Source of the DNA: Chiloscyllium plagiosum
Lineage: Eukaryota
Assembly (NCBI RefSeq): GCF_004010195.1
Contig: NC_057720.1
Location: forward strand, 29,789,631 to 29,853,630
Direction: 5' to 3'
Length of the DNA stretch: 64,000 nucleotides
The notes under the pieces were generated by a model. It ran no database searches and was not told the DNA's origin. It was given only the letters and a program-made list of their open reading frames with translations. Shown here piece after piece: positions 25,110-37,708 of this stretch (position 1 is the stretch's first letter; each line of letters opens with the position of its first letter). A program made the translations under genes and the position numbers.

Positions 25110-26250
25110 TTTTTAATCACTTTTGGGATGTGGGCATTGCTGACTGACCAGCATTTATTGCCCGCCGCTAGTTGCCCTTGTGAAGGTGGGTGTGAGCTGA
25201 CTGTTGAATCACCACAGACCATATGTTACAGGTTGACCCAAAATGCTCGTTGGGAAGGAATTCCAGGATTTTGACCCAGCAACAGTGAAGGAACAGTGAC
25301 ATACTTCCAAGTCAGGATGGTGAGCAGCTTGTGATGTTCCAATCCAACTGTTGCCTCTTTAGATGGAACTGATCGTGGTAAGAAACCTCGGTGAATACCT
25401 GCAGTGGATCTTGTAGATAGTGCGCACCACTGCTACTAAGCCTTGGTATTGAAGGGAGTGGATGCTTGTGGATGTGCTGCCAATCAAGTGGGCTGCTTTC
25501 TCCTGGATGGTGTCAAGTTCCTGAGTATTTTTGGGGCTGAACTCAGCCAGGCAAGTGGGGAGTTTTCCATCACACTCCTGACTTGTAGCTTGTAGATGTT
25601 GGACAGGCTTTGAGGAGTCAGGAGGTGAGTTACTCGCTGCAGTATTCCTAGCTTCTGACCTGTTCTTGTCACTACTGTGGGGAAGTGGTGGCATAGTGGT
25701 ATTATTACTGGACTGTTAATCCAGAGACCTAGGTAACATTCTGGTAACCTGAGTTCAAATTCCATCACAGCAGATGGTGTAATTATAAGTCTAACGATGA
25801 CCATGAAGCCATTGTCGATTTTCAGGAGAAAACCCTACTTAGTTCACTGATGTCCTTTAGGGAAGGAAACTGCCATCTTTACCTGGTCTGGCCTACAAGT
25901 GACTCCGAACCCACAGTAATGTGGTTGACTCTTAACTGCCCTCTGGGCAATTAGGGATAGTCAGTTAATGCTGGCCTAGCCAGCAGCACCTTCATTCCGT
26001 GACTGAATAAAAAAAACACTGTGTTTATGTGATGAGTCCAGTTGAGTTTCTGGTCAATGGTATCCCCAGGATGATGATAGTGGGGGAATTAAGTGATAGT
26101 AATGCCACTGAATGTCAAGGGACAGTCGTTATATTGTCTCTTATTGGAAATAGTCATTGCCTGACATTTGTATGGCATGAATGTTGCTCACCACTTATCA
26201 GCTCAAGCCTGGATATTGCCCAGGTCTCACTCCATTCAAAAATGAACTTC
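25110..26250 (-). mobile_element. Second CR1 family-B 3' fragment (split by a SINE)
   Basis: Colinear with 22076-22860; QKLGILQRVTHLLTPQSLSNIYKLQVRSVMENSPLAW. Confidence 0.85.
25680..26016 (+). mobile_element. tRNA-derived SINE with CR1-B-like 3' tail
   Basis: A-box TGGCATAGTGG and B-box GAGTTCAAATTCC. The tail GGGCAATTAGGGATAG..AATGCTGGCCTAGCCAGC..A-run resembles the CR1-B 3' end. Related copies at 32388, 39869 and 14880. Confidence 0.75.
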
Positions 26251-26254
26251 TTCA

Positions 26255-27604
26255 ATCAAGCAGAATGTCCATATTACAGAGGAGGAAGTGTTAGATGTCT
26301 TGAAACGGATAAAGGTGGGTAAATCCCCATGACCTGATCAATTGTATCCTAGAACTCTCTGGGAAGCTAGAGAAGTGATTGCTGGGCCTCTTGTTGAGAT
26401 ATTTGTATCATCGATAGTCACAGGTGAGGTGCCGGAAGCCTGGAACTGGCTCATGTGGTGCCACTGTTTAAGAAGGGTGGTAAGGACAAGCCAAGGAACT
26501 ATAGACCAGCGAGATTGACGTCAGTGGTGGGCAAGTTGTTGGAGGGAATCCTGAGGGACAGGATGTACATGTTTTTGGAAAGGCAAGGACTGATTCCGGA
26601 TAGTCAAAATGGCTTTGTGCATGGGAAATCATGTCTCACAAATTTGATTGAGTTTTTTGAGCAAGTAACAAAGAGGATTGATGAGGGCAGAGTGGTAGAT
26701 GTGATCTATATGGACTTCAGTAAGACGTTTGACAAGGTTCAACATGGGATACTGATTAGCAAGGTTAGATCTCATGGAATACAGGGAGAACTAGCCATTT
26801 GGATACAGAACTGGCTCAAAGGTAAAAGACAGAGGGTGGTGGTGGAGGGTTGGTTTTCAGACTGGAGGCCTGTGACCAGTGGAGTGTCACAAGGATCGGT
26901 GCTGGGTCCTCTACTTTTTGTCATATACATAAATGATTTGGATGCGAGCATAACAAGCACAGTTAGTAAGTTTGCAGATGATACCAAAATTGGCGGTGTA
27001 GTGGACAGTGAAGAGGGTTACCTCAGATTACAACAGGATCTTGATCAGATGAGCCAATGGGCTGAGAAGTGGCAGATGGAGTTTAATTCAGATAAATGAG
27101 AGGTGGTGCATTTTGGGAAAGCAAATCTTAGCTGGATGTTGCCAGGGTTGGAGGATTTGAGCTGGAGGAGAGGCTGAACAGGCTGGGGCTGTTTTCCCTG
27201 GAGTGTCGGAGGCTGAGGGGTGACCTTATAGAGATTTACAAAATTATGAGGGGCATGGATAGGGGAAATAGGCAAAGTCTTTTCCCTGGGGTCAGGGAGT
27301 CCAGAACGAGAGGGCATAGGTTTTGGGTGAGAGGGCAAAGATATAAAAGAGACCTACGGGGCACCTTTTTCACAAAAGCGCAGTACATGTATGGAATGAG
27401 CTGCCAGAGGAAGTGGTGGGGGCTGGTACAATTGCAACATTTAAGAGGCATTTGGATGGTTATATGAATAGGAAGGGTTTGGAAGGATATGGGCCAGTTG
27501 CCGGCAGGTGGGACTAGTTTGGGTTGGAATATCTGGTCGGCAAGGATGGGCTGGACCAAAGGGTCTGTTTCTATGCTGTACATCTCTATGACTCTATGAC
27601 TCTA
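26255..27604 (+). mobile_element. HER1/CR1 LINE RT region and 3' end (internal deletion near 27133)
   Basis: 214-aa ORF 26455-27099: NYRPARLTSVVGKLLE...YMDFSKTFDKV...GVSQGSVLGPLLFVIYINDL...KFADDTK. Tail (CTATGACT)n. Confidence 0.95.
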
Positions 27605-27780
27605 GTAGACAACATATTACAAATATCTCACATTAGCCTGGAGAATCTGGAAAAAAATGGCTTTTAAAAAGAATTACTGAAGATTTCTCACAAAATAGTC
27701 CAACAAACTTTCATTGTTCTTAGAATATTAATTGAACCTTTAATAGTTGTTTGGAAGTATAGAACTTGTGTATTACTAAG

Positions 27781-28730
27781 AAAACACATTTTGTCAAGCT
27801 TTTCTTGTTGCACTCATCAGGACAATTTGTGAGAATAGCAATTCAAGAGGAAAATCAACAATATTACATGATAAGGGAGTGTTGATGGATTGGCAAGTGG
27901 ACTGTGTTTGGTAGAGGCAGTGGCATGAAAGATGCACCCACTATTTTTTATTTATTATTGTTTTTTTCAAGAAATCATTATTGACAGTTAACTGTCAAGC
28001 TTTGTTTCAATTTTTAAGTTGATGCTGAAATTAGGTGCACCAAAGACATCCTGCTGGATATTAGCTACCCTGATCATTTCCCAATGTATATCATACAGGT
28101 TCAAGTAAAGCTCAAAGCTGGTCTCTTGTGATCATGAAAAGTACCTAGTCTACCTCAGGCAAGGTGCCTTAGAAATTTTAGCAATGGTTCACACTGCCTC
28201 TAAGCAACCCATGCATACAAAGCATGTAATACCTTGTCCAACTTTAAATGTGATTCTGCAATTGACAACATTTACTAAATAATCCATAATATGCAAAGTA
28301 TTACGCAAACGAACAGCTTGTCAGTCAGTCTCATTGCATGTTGCACTCACATCTACTGCAAGTTACTTTTATTAATACCCACTAGACTGTTTGTTTTGTG
28401 AGCAGAAAGAAAATGTGCAAATATTGCACCTTTTCAAGTCGACAAAACAGGTGGCAAAATTCGCTGATTAATTTCGCAGGCAATGCCCTGACCAATCAGA
28501 ATCAGCCTACCAGGTTCAAAAGTTAAACAAAGCCTGGTAGTTAACTGTCAATCAGTAATAATGGGTGCATTTTTCTTGCCATAGCCTGGCAAGGCCTCTA
28601 CATTCAGAACTCAACTAATCAATCGTTACTCCCCTCTCATGCAATGTAAGCATTTTCCTTTGAATTAGTATTCTTGCAAAATGCCCTGAAGAGTTCAAGA
28701 TAAAAAGCATTGACAAAATGTATACTTTTT
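27781..28730. mobile_element. Old PLE (family D): GIY-YIG C-terminus flanked by inverted terminal copies
   Basis: 27781-28012 is an imperfect reverse complement of 28515-28730. Interior + strand reads HLLNNP*YAKYYANEQL..., resembling PLE endonuclease C-termini. Both arms have a CTGA(T/A)GAG...AAAAGC motif. Confidence 0.65.
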
Positions 28731-30041
28731 CTGAAACCTGCCCAGCATTCATCAAGAAAGTGAAGTGGTGCAGATATTGGCCTATGTATTCTGTTTTTGT
28801 AAATGCTAATGCTATGTCTCATCCTTGGTCTGTTAGCGACATTGTGAAAAGTTTTTAAGGAAGTTGTCTTTTTGCTTTCCGAACATGATGTTCTCTGTTG
28901 GATGGCTATCTCTATAATGAAGGAAAGAAATAGAAAATAAATTTTAGAAAGAGGACGAACTTAAAAATAAACTGCTGCACTATTTCTAAAGAGCAGAGGT
29001 ACTGACCTGATAGTACACAACAGCAAAAATGCACTTCAGAGAAATTTCATTTCAATAAATAAATGAATTCTTTTTGTCTCACTGCCAACAGACTCTCTAT
29101 CCCTTCTTCAATGTGTTTATGCAGTGTCTATTTCCATATCTATCCATTTTTCCTGAACAGCTGCTCAGCTACTGTCAATGAACACAAAAATCTGTTTCTT
29201 TATTTAGACAGTGATTTGTCAAATTCTTTCTATAAATGCCTTCACAGTACTGCTGGTTGCACTAAACCTCACAGAAAGATGTGAAAATCCCTGTGCTCAT
29301 ATAATATAAAATATAATTTATGATCATCCAGGGAATAGGTGTTAATCTGCCCTCCACCCTAATAGGCTTGCGTTAGAGAATTCTGGACTTGTTGGAGCTT
29401 GCTGGGCCTAAGAGACAACCGAATGGCGTCACACAGAAGGTACCCTCTACAGAAACAGATGCTAATTTAATACAAGAATAACGGCGTGTGACAGACTCTA
29501 ACTAGCTCCAACTGTCTTCAAACACAATTGATCAAATCACTTCTACTGGGCAGTTTGACAGCTCTAACAGTTTACTGACTGCCTCATTACTGAAGACTGT
29601 GGTGGCATCAGAGTCTAAATTGCACTTTGTCAAAATATTTAAAATTGTAAATCCAATTTAGTTTAGTTTAATCCCGTTCAAACCATTTTTAAGATAAACT
29701 TGCTGTTGATTCACAAACCGCTTCTCTGTTTACAGTTCTGAAGAAAAGTAATTGATCGAGAAAATAATCCTGTTTCGCTATCCACAGATGTTTCCTGACC
29801 AAATGTGCATTTACAGCATTGTTTAATCTTTATTCACAGCCCTGTTCCAGTGAATCACTGCAGATGACTGTCTGTGTGAGAGCTGACACAATTTCCCTCA
29901 CCATCAGTTTTACCTTTCAAGACTTCATCTGTGAGGTAAGTGGCTGGCCTCTATGCAGTATGATTATGATCGCGATTTTGTCAACTGAAGGAAAGTACAG
30001 CATAAGCCCATGCACGCTGATATGTCACTTCTTACCCAGGA

Positions 30042-30449
30042 TTGAAAATGTGTTGCTGGAAAAGCGCAGCAGGTCAGGCAGCATCCAGGGAACAGGAGAA
30101 TCGACGTTTCGGGCATAAGCCCTTCTTCAGGAATGAGGAAAGTGTGTCCAGCAGGCTAAGATAAAAGTTAGGGAGGAGGGACTTGGGGGAGGGGTGTTGG
30201 AAATGCGATAGGTAGAAGGAGGTCAAGGTGAGGGTGATAGGCCGGTGTGGGGGTGGGGGCGGAGAGGTCAGGAAGAAGATTGCAGGTTAGGAAGGCGGTG
30301 CTGAGTTCAAGGGATTTGACTGAGACAAGTGGGGGGAGGGGAAAATAAGCCCTTCTTCAGGAAGGGCTTATGCCTGAAACATCGATTGTCCTGCTCCTTG
30401 GATGCTGCCTGACCTACTGCGCTTTTCCAGCAACACATTTTTCAGCTCT
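30042..30449. mobile_element. Family-A PLE terminus, inverted pair with 3' UTR spacer
   Basis: 30042-30345 is a minus-strand PLE 3' end; 30361-30449 is the plus-strand terminus. An extra ATAAGCCCTTCTTCAGGAA copy sits at the junction. Confidence 0.85.
30103..30130 (-). ncRNA. Minimal hammerhead ribozyme core
   Basis: CTGAAGA-A-GGGC-TTAT-GCCC-GAAA-CGTC. Stem I is weak. Confidence 0.5.
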
Positions 30450-31500
30450 GTTGCACAGAGGTCAAGGAGGTGACATCTAGTAGAACTTGTGGCCTTTCCA
30501 TTCGTATCTGCAAGACACAAGAGCAAAAAGCATTGCATCCTATAGTTACAGCACTGTGCAATGAAAGAGACTGATGGTGGGTTTCATGTGAGAGTTACAG
30601 TGGAACAGACAGTGGTACTTACTTAGTTAGCAGGACAAGGCAGTCTCAACATCTCTGCAGCATGGCCCTGGGGCAGGATTCTCTACAAGTAGAGAGTGAG
30701 GAGCCTGATGTTGGGCACCAGTCCAGGCTCTTTCTGCCTTACTGGGGGCTGTTTTCTCTTGGAATGAGAGAAAGGGAAGGATTGAGTGAGATGAAAGTGG
30801 TTGGCACAGCTTTCAGTGCCGGTGCAGGTGCTGGCCACCAGATAGTATCTTGAGTGAATGAGAGAGAGCAGGTAGCTAAAAGGCCGTGGTGTGGGAGATT
30901 TGGGGATCAGAGAATCAAGGAAGATGTTGCAGATCTTAGTGAAATTGGGAGAGGATGAGCCTTGGGAGGGACATGGGTGCAGTAGCAGAGATAAAATGAA
31001 TGAGAGGTAGCAGAAAGAAAAGTGTGGCACTTAAATAGAATGCAGAAGGTCATGGACCATCTTGCAACACTGCTGCTCATTCGTCTGACCCAGGTGGCAG
31101 TTACAAACCAGGCTGTGACCTTCTCTGCTTGTCCTCCAGGCAAAGGATTCCCCTCTTCTGTATCCACGAGGCCCTCCACTTCCCTATTGGAGATTTGTGG
31201 TGCCATTTTCCCCTTTGTTCACATTTTCAAAATGACCGATCATCATCAAACAAGGCAGTTTTGGAATGTCAGTGCTCATGCTGGTGCCTCAACAGCCTTG
31301 TAAAGTTGGTGCAGATGACAGGGATGTTAGTCTTTCTTAGATATCTGGCGAGTAGCAGATCATTCCAGCAATGCTAGATGCTAGGACGGGGCTAGAACTC
31401 AGTAAAAGTGGCACCATAGGGGCAGGGTAGGGAGATCATGAGGCAAATTTGGTGCAATATGATGAGAGATCTTTCTAACTTTCAAACCAAGATACTCTGC
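30450..31500 (-). mobile_element. Probable decayed L2-type LINE fragment
   Basis: Purine-rich + strand typical of antisense L2 ORF2. Only weak peptide traces (NFTKICNIFLDSLIP). Confidence 0.4.
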
Positions 31501-31619
31501 ATGAAACTCCATGAAACTAACATTTAGCCAAAGAAAGGACAATTCAGCTCTATCGATTTGCATGTGGTTGTAGGATGCATTGTGAGTAATTGTTTATGTT
31601 ATTGAACTTGTATTTATTG

Positions 31620-31822
31620 AGGAGAAAGTGAGGTCTGCAGATGCTGGAGATCAGAGCTGAAAATGTGTTGCTGGAACAGCGCAGCAGATCAGGCAGCATC
31701 CAGGGAACAGGAGAATCGACGTTTTGGGCATAAGCCTGAAGAAGGGCTTATGCCCGAAACGTCGATTCTCCTGTTCCCTGGATGCTGCCTGATCTGCTGC
31801 GCTATTCCAGCAACACATTTTC
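31620..31822. mobile_element. Young family-A PLE hairpin with 15-bp TSD
   Basis: Near-perfect inverted arms 31659-31735 and 31746-31822. AACTTGTATTTATTG occurs at 31605-31619 and 31823-31837. Confidence 0.9.
31736..31763 (+). ncRNA. Minimal hammerhead ribozyme core
   Basis: CTGAAGA-A-GGGC-TTAT-GCCC-GAAA-CGTC begins at the inversion junction. Confidence 0.5.
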
Positions 31823-32387
31823 AACTTGTATTTATTGCAGATTACTGATAGTAACACTTCTGCTTTATTAATATTGTTAATCATTGACATGCTTTGAACG
31901 AAAAATTTACAAGCTACATTGCTGTTATTGATTCTGTTCCTAGCTGTCCTATTATACCAAGCCACATATCATTTTCCACTTTGCCTCCTCTTATTCACTT
32001 CACACAAGGGGTCTTTCTCCTGATTCTATTCCTCTTCCTGTTCATTCAGGCTGTAGCTACTGTTGGTACTCTGTTCACTTTGTACAATGTATTAACATGA
32101 TCATCATTTCTGAAACATTATACCATAACCAGTTCATCAATACTGAAAGTGTTGGCTTGACAGGGAACACTGGCACTGGAGTATCTATTCTGTCTATGGG
32201 TTTGCAGGAATTACCTATCACATCTCCACTGACCTGCTCCACTTCCACTAACTTCACATCCCTCAGTAAATATTTTACAAATTTGCCTTTTACCTTTTCT
32301 ACTTCATCCAACTATTTATCCCTGCAGTAAATGCAAAGTACTGCTGATGTTGGAAGTCTGAAATAAAAATAAAGCATTCAGGAAATG

Positions 32388-32690
32388 ATGGAGTGCTTGT
32401 GGTAATGATATCATTGGGATACTATGATCAGGAGTACATGGGTGCAACTTCCACCATGGCAGTTGGTAAAATTTAAATTTCAGTGATAAATCTGGAATAC
32501 AAAGCTTGTCTCAGTTATAGTGACAATATATTTTGGCAAAAATCCTCTTGGCTCACTAATGTCCTTTTCCCTCATTTTGATCTGGCCTATACGTGACTCT
32601 AAACCCACAATAATACAGTTGACTCTTAATTGCCCTCTAAAATGGCCCAGCAACCCATTCAGTTCAAGGGAAATTAGGGATTGTTATTGC
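32388..32690 (+). mobile_element. tRNA-SINE (25680 family), decayed
   Basis: Shared blocks TCACTAATGTCCTTT, TCTGGCCTATACGTGACTC, GTTGACTCTTAATTGCCCTCT and GGGAAATTAGGGAT. Confidence 0.7.
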
Positions 32691-34249
32691 GCTAAATCAT
32701 TGACACTGTTAGAGTACTAATGAACAGTGTGAATTACCGATATCGTATTGCACAGTGTGAAGCATTGGGATTTATTGCGCTAATGTGCAGTGTGGAGCAC
32801 TGTCACTGTCACTGTGTTAATATATAATCTGAATCACTAATGCTCATCAGTAACATCAGTGTTCATTGTTCTCACACTTACCTGTACACTTTCGTTGGGA
32901 TGTGGTACTGGAAATTTCTGTGATTAAAGAGTAATTTTGTGTCATTGCTTTTTGTGGAAACTTATATGAACAGAGCAAGCTTCTGTGCGTCTCCTCAGCT
33001 AGTCAGATCAAAGTTTCATTAAGGAGTAGCATGGGGTCTGAAACTGGAAATGTAAACTATCAAATTGAATTCAGTATCAAATCGGAGCAGAAAGTCAAAA
33101 CAATTAGTTAAATGGGCCTTTGGCAAATAAATAAAATATTTTCTTATTTGTGAATTAGTTTGCCCCAAACAATATTTTGGCCAGATGTTGTTAGCTACTA
33201 ACTTTGGAGGAATTGTGTTTATTAATCTAATTATGTTTATACCATGCACATACATCAAATAAAAATTTGCTTAAAGAATAATATCACAGTGTGACAGTCC
33301 ATAAACAGATTATAGGGCTTCAGCTATGGAGAAGAATAAACGTCACACATGATAAACATATTCAATCAATTAATGGACAATGATAATCCTCTTTAAATTT
33401 TAATGACTCAATGTCTCAGCATATATATTTAAAATATTGGTCATTTACAGGAAGAATATTGGTTTAAGACTACCCTAAAGTGATGGAAAGTGAATGATCA
33501 GATGAAATGAGGCAAATTTGGAAAAAAAAGATTATACAGATTAGTGTCATTGGAAGTGTTTTGAGGAATCCCTGACTGATCCATCATAACGCAGAAAGAG
33601 ATTAAATTTGATCTCTCATTAAATTCATCAATAACATGGGTAACTGAGCTAGTGAAGAAGAGAGAGTAATTCCTGTCAGCATTTGACATGGTTTGATGTG
33701 ATTAGTTGGTAGTAAAGGCTGGGGAAGCAGGTGATGGTGGGGGAGGAACAGATAGTGTGGAGGACTATGTGCAGCTGTTAATATCCACATATCTAGGTGT
33801 GTTGAGATTGCTTCTCCTCATTCAGAAAAGTTTGTTGTTGAAGATTTTATTTTAGCTCAAGCTTTTAAATCTGACCTTTAGTTCTTGCCCAAAGCATTTT
33901 TCAAAACTCAGTTCAATAACAAAGTAAGTGATCATTTTTTTGGAAAGCGAAGATTTTTTTTACTCATCAACTTGAGGTATGGTAATTCTGAGAAATTGGG
34001 AATTAGAATAATTTGTTTTCTCAATTTCTACACCCACTGTCAGGATGACACAATCTCAGCTCAGGTACGGAACATGTTATACACCCTGCATACAGCTCCA
34101 AAAATGATGCATCTTTTAAGACAAAACTCGAGAACAAAGTAAGTGATAACTTATTTTTGATAAGGGAAAAAATTTAGGTGAGGTATACTGCTCCCAAAAT
34201 GGTGCAAGAATTGCTTCAGACAGATTCCACATGTAAGCTTTGTTTCAAA

Positions 34250-34740
34250 TAAGACCATAAAATAGAGCAGCATTATTAGGCTGTTCGGCCTATCAAGTCT
34301 GCTCCGCCATAAAATCATGGCTGATATGTTTGTTAACTCCCTGTAACCCTTGATCCCCCTACTAATCAAGAACCTATCTATCTCTGTCTTAAATCCACTC
34401 AAATCCTGGGGTCAGGGAGTCCAGAACTAGGGGGCATTGGTTTAGGGTGAGAGGGGAAAGATATAAAAGGGACTTAAGGGGCAACATGTTCACACAGAGA
34501 GTGGGTGCTTGTATAGAATGAGCTGCCAGAGGAAGTGGTTGAGGCTGGTACAATTGCAGCATTTAAAAGGCATCTGCTTGGGTATATGAATAGGAAGGGT
34601 TTAGTTGGATATGGGCCAAGTGCTGGCATATGGGACTAGATTAGGTTAGGATATATGGTGGGCATTGACAAATTGGATTGAATAGTCTATTTCCGTGATG
34701 TATATCTCTATGATTCTAACACTTGGCCTCCACGGCCTAA
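34250..34740. mobile_element. Minus-strand CR1 tail interrupted by a plus-strand HER1 3' end (34404-34718)
   Basis: Host sequence ...GTCTTAAATCCACTCAA resumes as ACTTGGCCTCCAC. The insert matches 27284-27600. Confidence 0.8.
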
Positions 34741-34769
34741 TAGGATTATAAAGGTAAATAGATCAAAGA

Positions 34770-37290
34770 TTGGTGTAGGAGAAATGGGTTCCAATTCATG
34801 GGGCACTAGCATCAGTATTAGGAGAGAAGTGTTCCACCTGGACAGGCTTCATTTGGATCATACTGGCCCCAGGGTCCTGGCAAATTGTATAAATTGGATT
34901 ATAAATAGTGCTTTACACTATTTAATTCTGAGGGGGATGTGAGGGTCAATAGGAGCAAAACTTAAAAATTCAAAAAGAAATGAGAAAGTATCGTGAAGAG
35001 ACTGATGATAATCAAAGTTTGATCGGAACAAGTGGAAAATATATGCAGAAGCATACAGCAGCATTTAGAACCAAAGGGAGTTATAGTGTAAATAAAATGC
35101 ATAAGGCTCTTGATAAGAATGCACATTGCATTTACAACAACATACATCAGTTGACAGCACAATAGAACAAAAAAAATGCAAAGACAAACTCTGTTCTGAA
35201 GAAGAGTCAGACCAGCCTCAAAACATTAGCAGTGTCTCTCTCCACATGCTTCCAGACCTGCTGAGTTTCTCCAGCATTCTCTGTGATTTTGTGTGTCAGA
35301 AATAAATGAATATGACTTGATAGATGTTATAGAGACATGGTTACAAGATGACCAAGATTCAATATTCAAAGGAATTTGACATTCCAGAAGAATAGGTAAA
35401 GTGGAACAGGAGATGGGGTAGCTTTGTTAATAAAGGGGTTAATCAGTGCAATGTTGGGTACCCGTACAGGTGCAATAGAACATGGTGTGGAATCAGTTTG
35501 GGTAGAAAGAAGAAATGACCAGGGAAAGAAATCACAGATGAGAATTGTCTACATGTCCCTACCCCTGAGTTATCTCAATGTAGGACAAAGCATAAACCAG
35601 CAAATAATGGAGGTGTGTAAGAAGGACATTACATTGCCATATTGAGATAACATATTGATATGAACTCAAGGGCAACACGAAAAAAGAATTTGTAGAGTGC
35701 ATTAGGGATTATTTCTTAGAGCAGTATGTTGTACAACCTACCCAGGAACAGGCTATTTTGGATCTAATAATGTGCAATGAGGTAAAATTAATAAGAAATC
35801 TTGTAGTTAAGGATCTTCGAGGAAGTAGTAATCACAACATAGTATCATTTCAAATTCAATTTGAAGGGTAATTAACTTGGCTTTCAAACTAATATCCTCA
35901 AATCAAAAAGGTATAAAGAAAATATTGTCTAAAGTGTCTGAGAAAATAGACTAAGGGGAAATTCAGTGGATGATCAGTGGCAGTCATTTTAGCAGAAATT
36001 TCATAATCCTGAGCAAAGATTTATTCTGGTCAAAAAGGACTCTTTGAGAATAGACCATCATGACTCAAAAAGACAGCCAAGGAGAGTAATCAACCAAAAG
36101 TTAAGTCCTATACGGTGGTGAAAACTAGTGGTGGGCCAGGTGATTGGAAATTCTTTTAGGAACTATCAGTGATTGAGTAAAGGCTAGTAAAGACAATGAA
36201 AATTGATTATGAAAGTAAATTGGTAATAAATATAAAAAGGAACAACAACAAGTTCTATGGGTATATAAAAAGAAAGCGAGGAGCTAAAGTAAATGTGGGA
36301 CCCTTGGAGGATGCAGAGAGGAATTAATAACAGAGAATAGGAAAATGGCAGATAATCTAAACCAATATTTTGCATCAGCTTTCAAGGCAAAGAACACTGT
36401 AAACATCCCTAGATAACAAATAAGCAAGGTGCAAATGGCAGGAAAGATTTCGTAATAGTCTCTAATAAACAAATGGGATGAAAGACAAATAATTTACCAG
36501 GACCTAATAGCCTTCACACAAACATATTGAAGGAAGTGACTGCAAAAACAGTGGAGACATTGGTTGAAATACCCCAGAACCCATTGGATTCCAGGAGGAT
36601 TCCCATGGATTGGAAAACGGCTGATGTGACATCCTGCTCAATGAGGGATGAAAGCAGAAAACTGTAGGCCAGTTAGCCTAGCAGATGTCATGGAGAAATC
36701 CTAGAATCTATTATTGAAGAAGTAACAGAACATTTGGGAAATTTAACACAATCAAACAGAATCAACATTGTTTTGTGAAGAGAAATCCATGTTAGATAAA
36801 CTTGCAAGAATTCTTTGTGGATATAACAAGTAGATATAGCATATTTAGATTTTCAAGGGCCATTGACAAGATTAAATAAATAAATAGATGAATGAACAAT
36901 TAATTAATTAATTAAATATGTTAAATAGGAGCTCACAGTACTGGGGTAATGCATGAGCATGGAATGAGGATTGGTTAAAAGACAGAGAGCTCAGAATAAT
37001 GAGTCTTCATCAGGTTTCAAAAGAGTCACAAGGATTAGTCTGAGGGCCTCAATTATTTAATATCTCCATTATCTTTTGGAGGAGGGGCAGAGTGCAATGT
37101 ATCCAAACTTGCTGATTATACAGAAAATGGTGGCAAAATGACTTTTAATCTATTAGGGAGTTGATGGCAATGCTGAACTGCTATGAAAGAGAAGTTAAGG
37201 CCTGGAGCAATTCAACCATGATCTTGGTGAATAGTGGGGCAAGGTTGAGGGGCCAAATGGCCTACTCATGCTCCTACTTTTTATGTTCTT
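34770..37290 (+). mobile_element. Old long CR1 LINE (EN, RT and tail), decayed
   Basis: Motifs IDVIETWLQ, FLEQYVVQPTQEQAILDLIMCN, DNLNQYFASAF, WKTADVT, YLDFQG and KLADYT, then a CR1 tail at 37205-37290. A PLE tail is inserted at ~35190-35295. Confidence 0.85.
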
Positions 37291-37708
37291 AAAGGTTTAT
37301 TACACAAAAGAAGAAACACAAAGTGTTATTTAGAAAGACCTAAACACAGACAAACAAATAACATTTCAGCCTGTTTCTCAACACTACATGTTACAGATAT
37401 TCAATGTCTGAAAAATATTACTCCTATCTCAACTTTTTAAATTTTTACTTAACTGATGTGTTCCAGCTTCTTCCCTTGGACTGATAAACTGTTATTTTAC
37501 AATTCCTTTCCAAGTCTACTGAAATGAACCTTTCATAATTCTGATGGCCTGAACTTTCTCAATTCTAATAACTTGAAAATTTCTATCTAGTGTCTCCTGG
37601 TTTGGAAGCTCCACAAAATAGAAATCACATGTAGCTGAGGTCATTGGTTACCCTGAATTGATTTCTTTTCTCCTGCTATAAGAGAAACTGTTTACTTCTA
37701 AAGGGTAA

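Noticed and set aside
26455..27099. Longest ORF (214 aa) as a functional or domesticated RT gene
   Set aside because: It is a truncated CR1 ORF2 fragment with an upstream stop, a downstream stop and an internal deletion.
21219..31822. Dispersed palindromic repeats as a CRISPR array, REP system or DNA-transposon MITEs
   Set aside because: The context is eukaryotic with no repeat-spacer periodicity. The sequences match the terminus of the PLE at 2480-5938 and have variable long TSDs.
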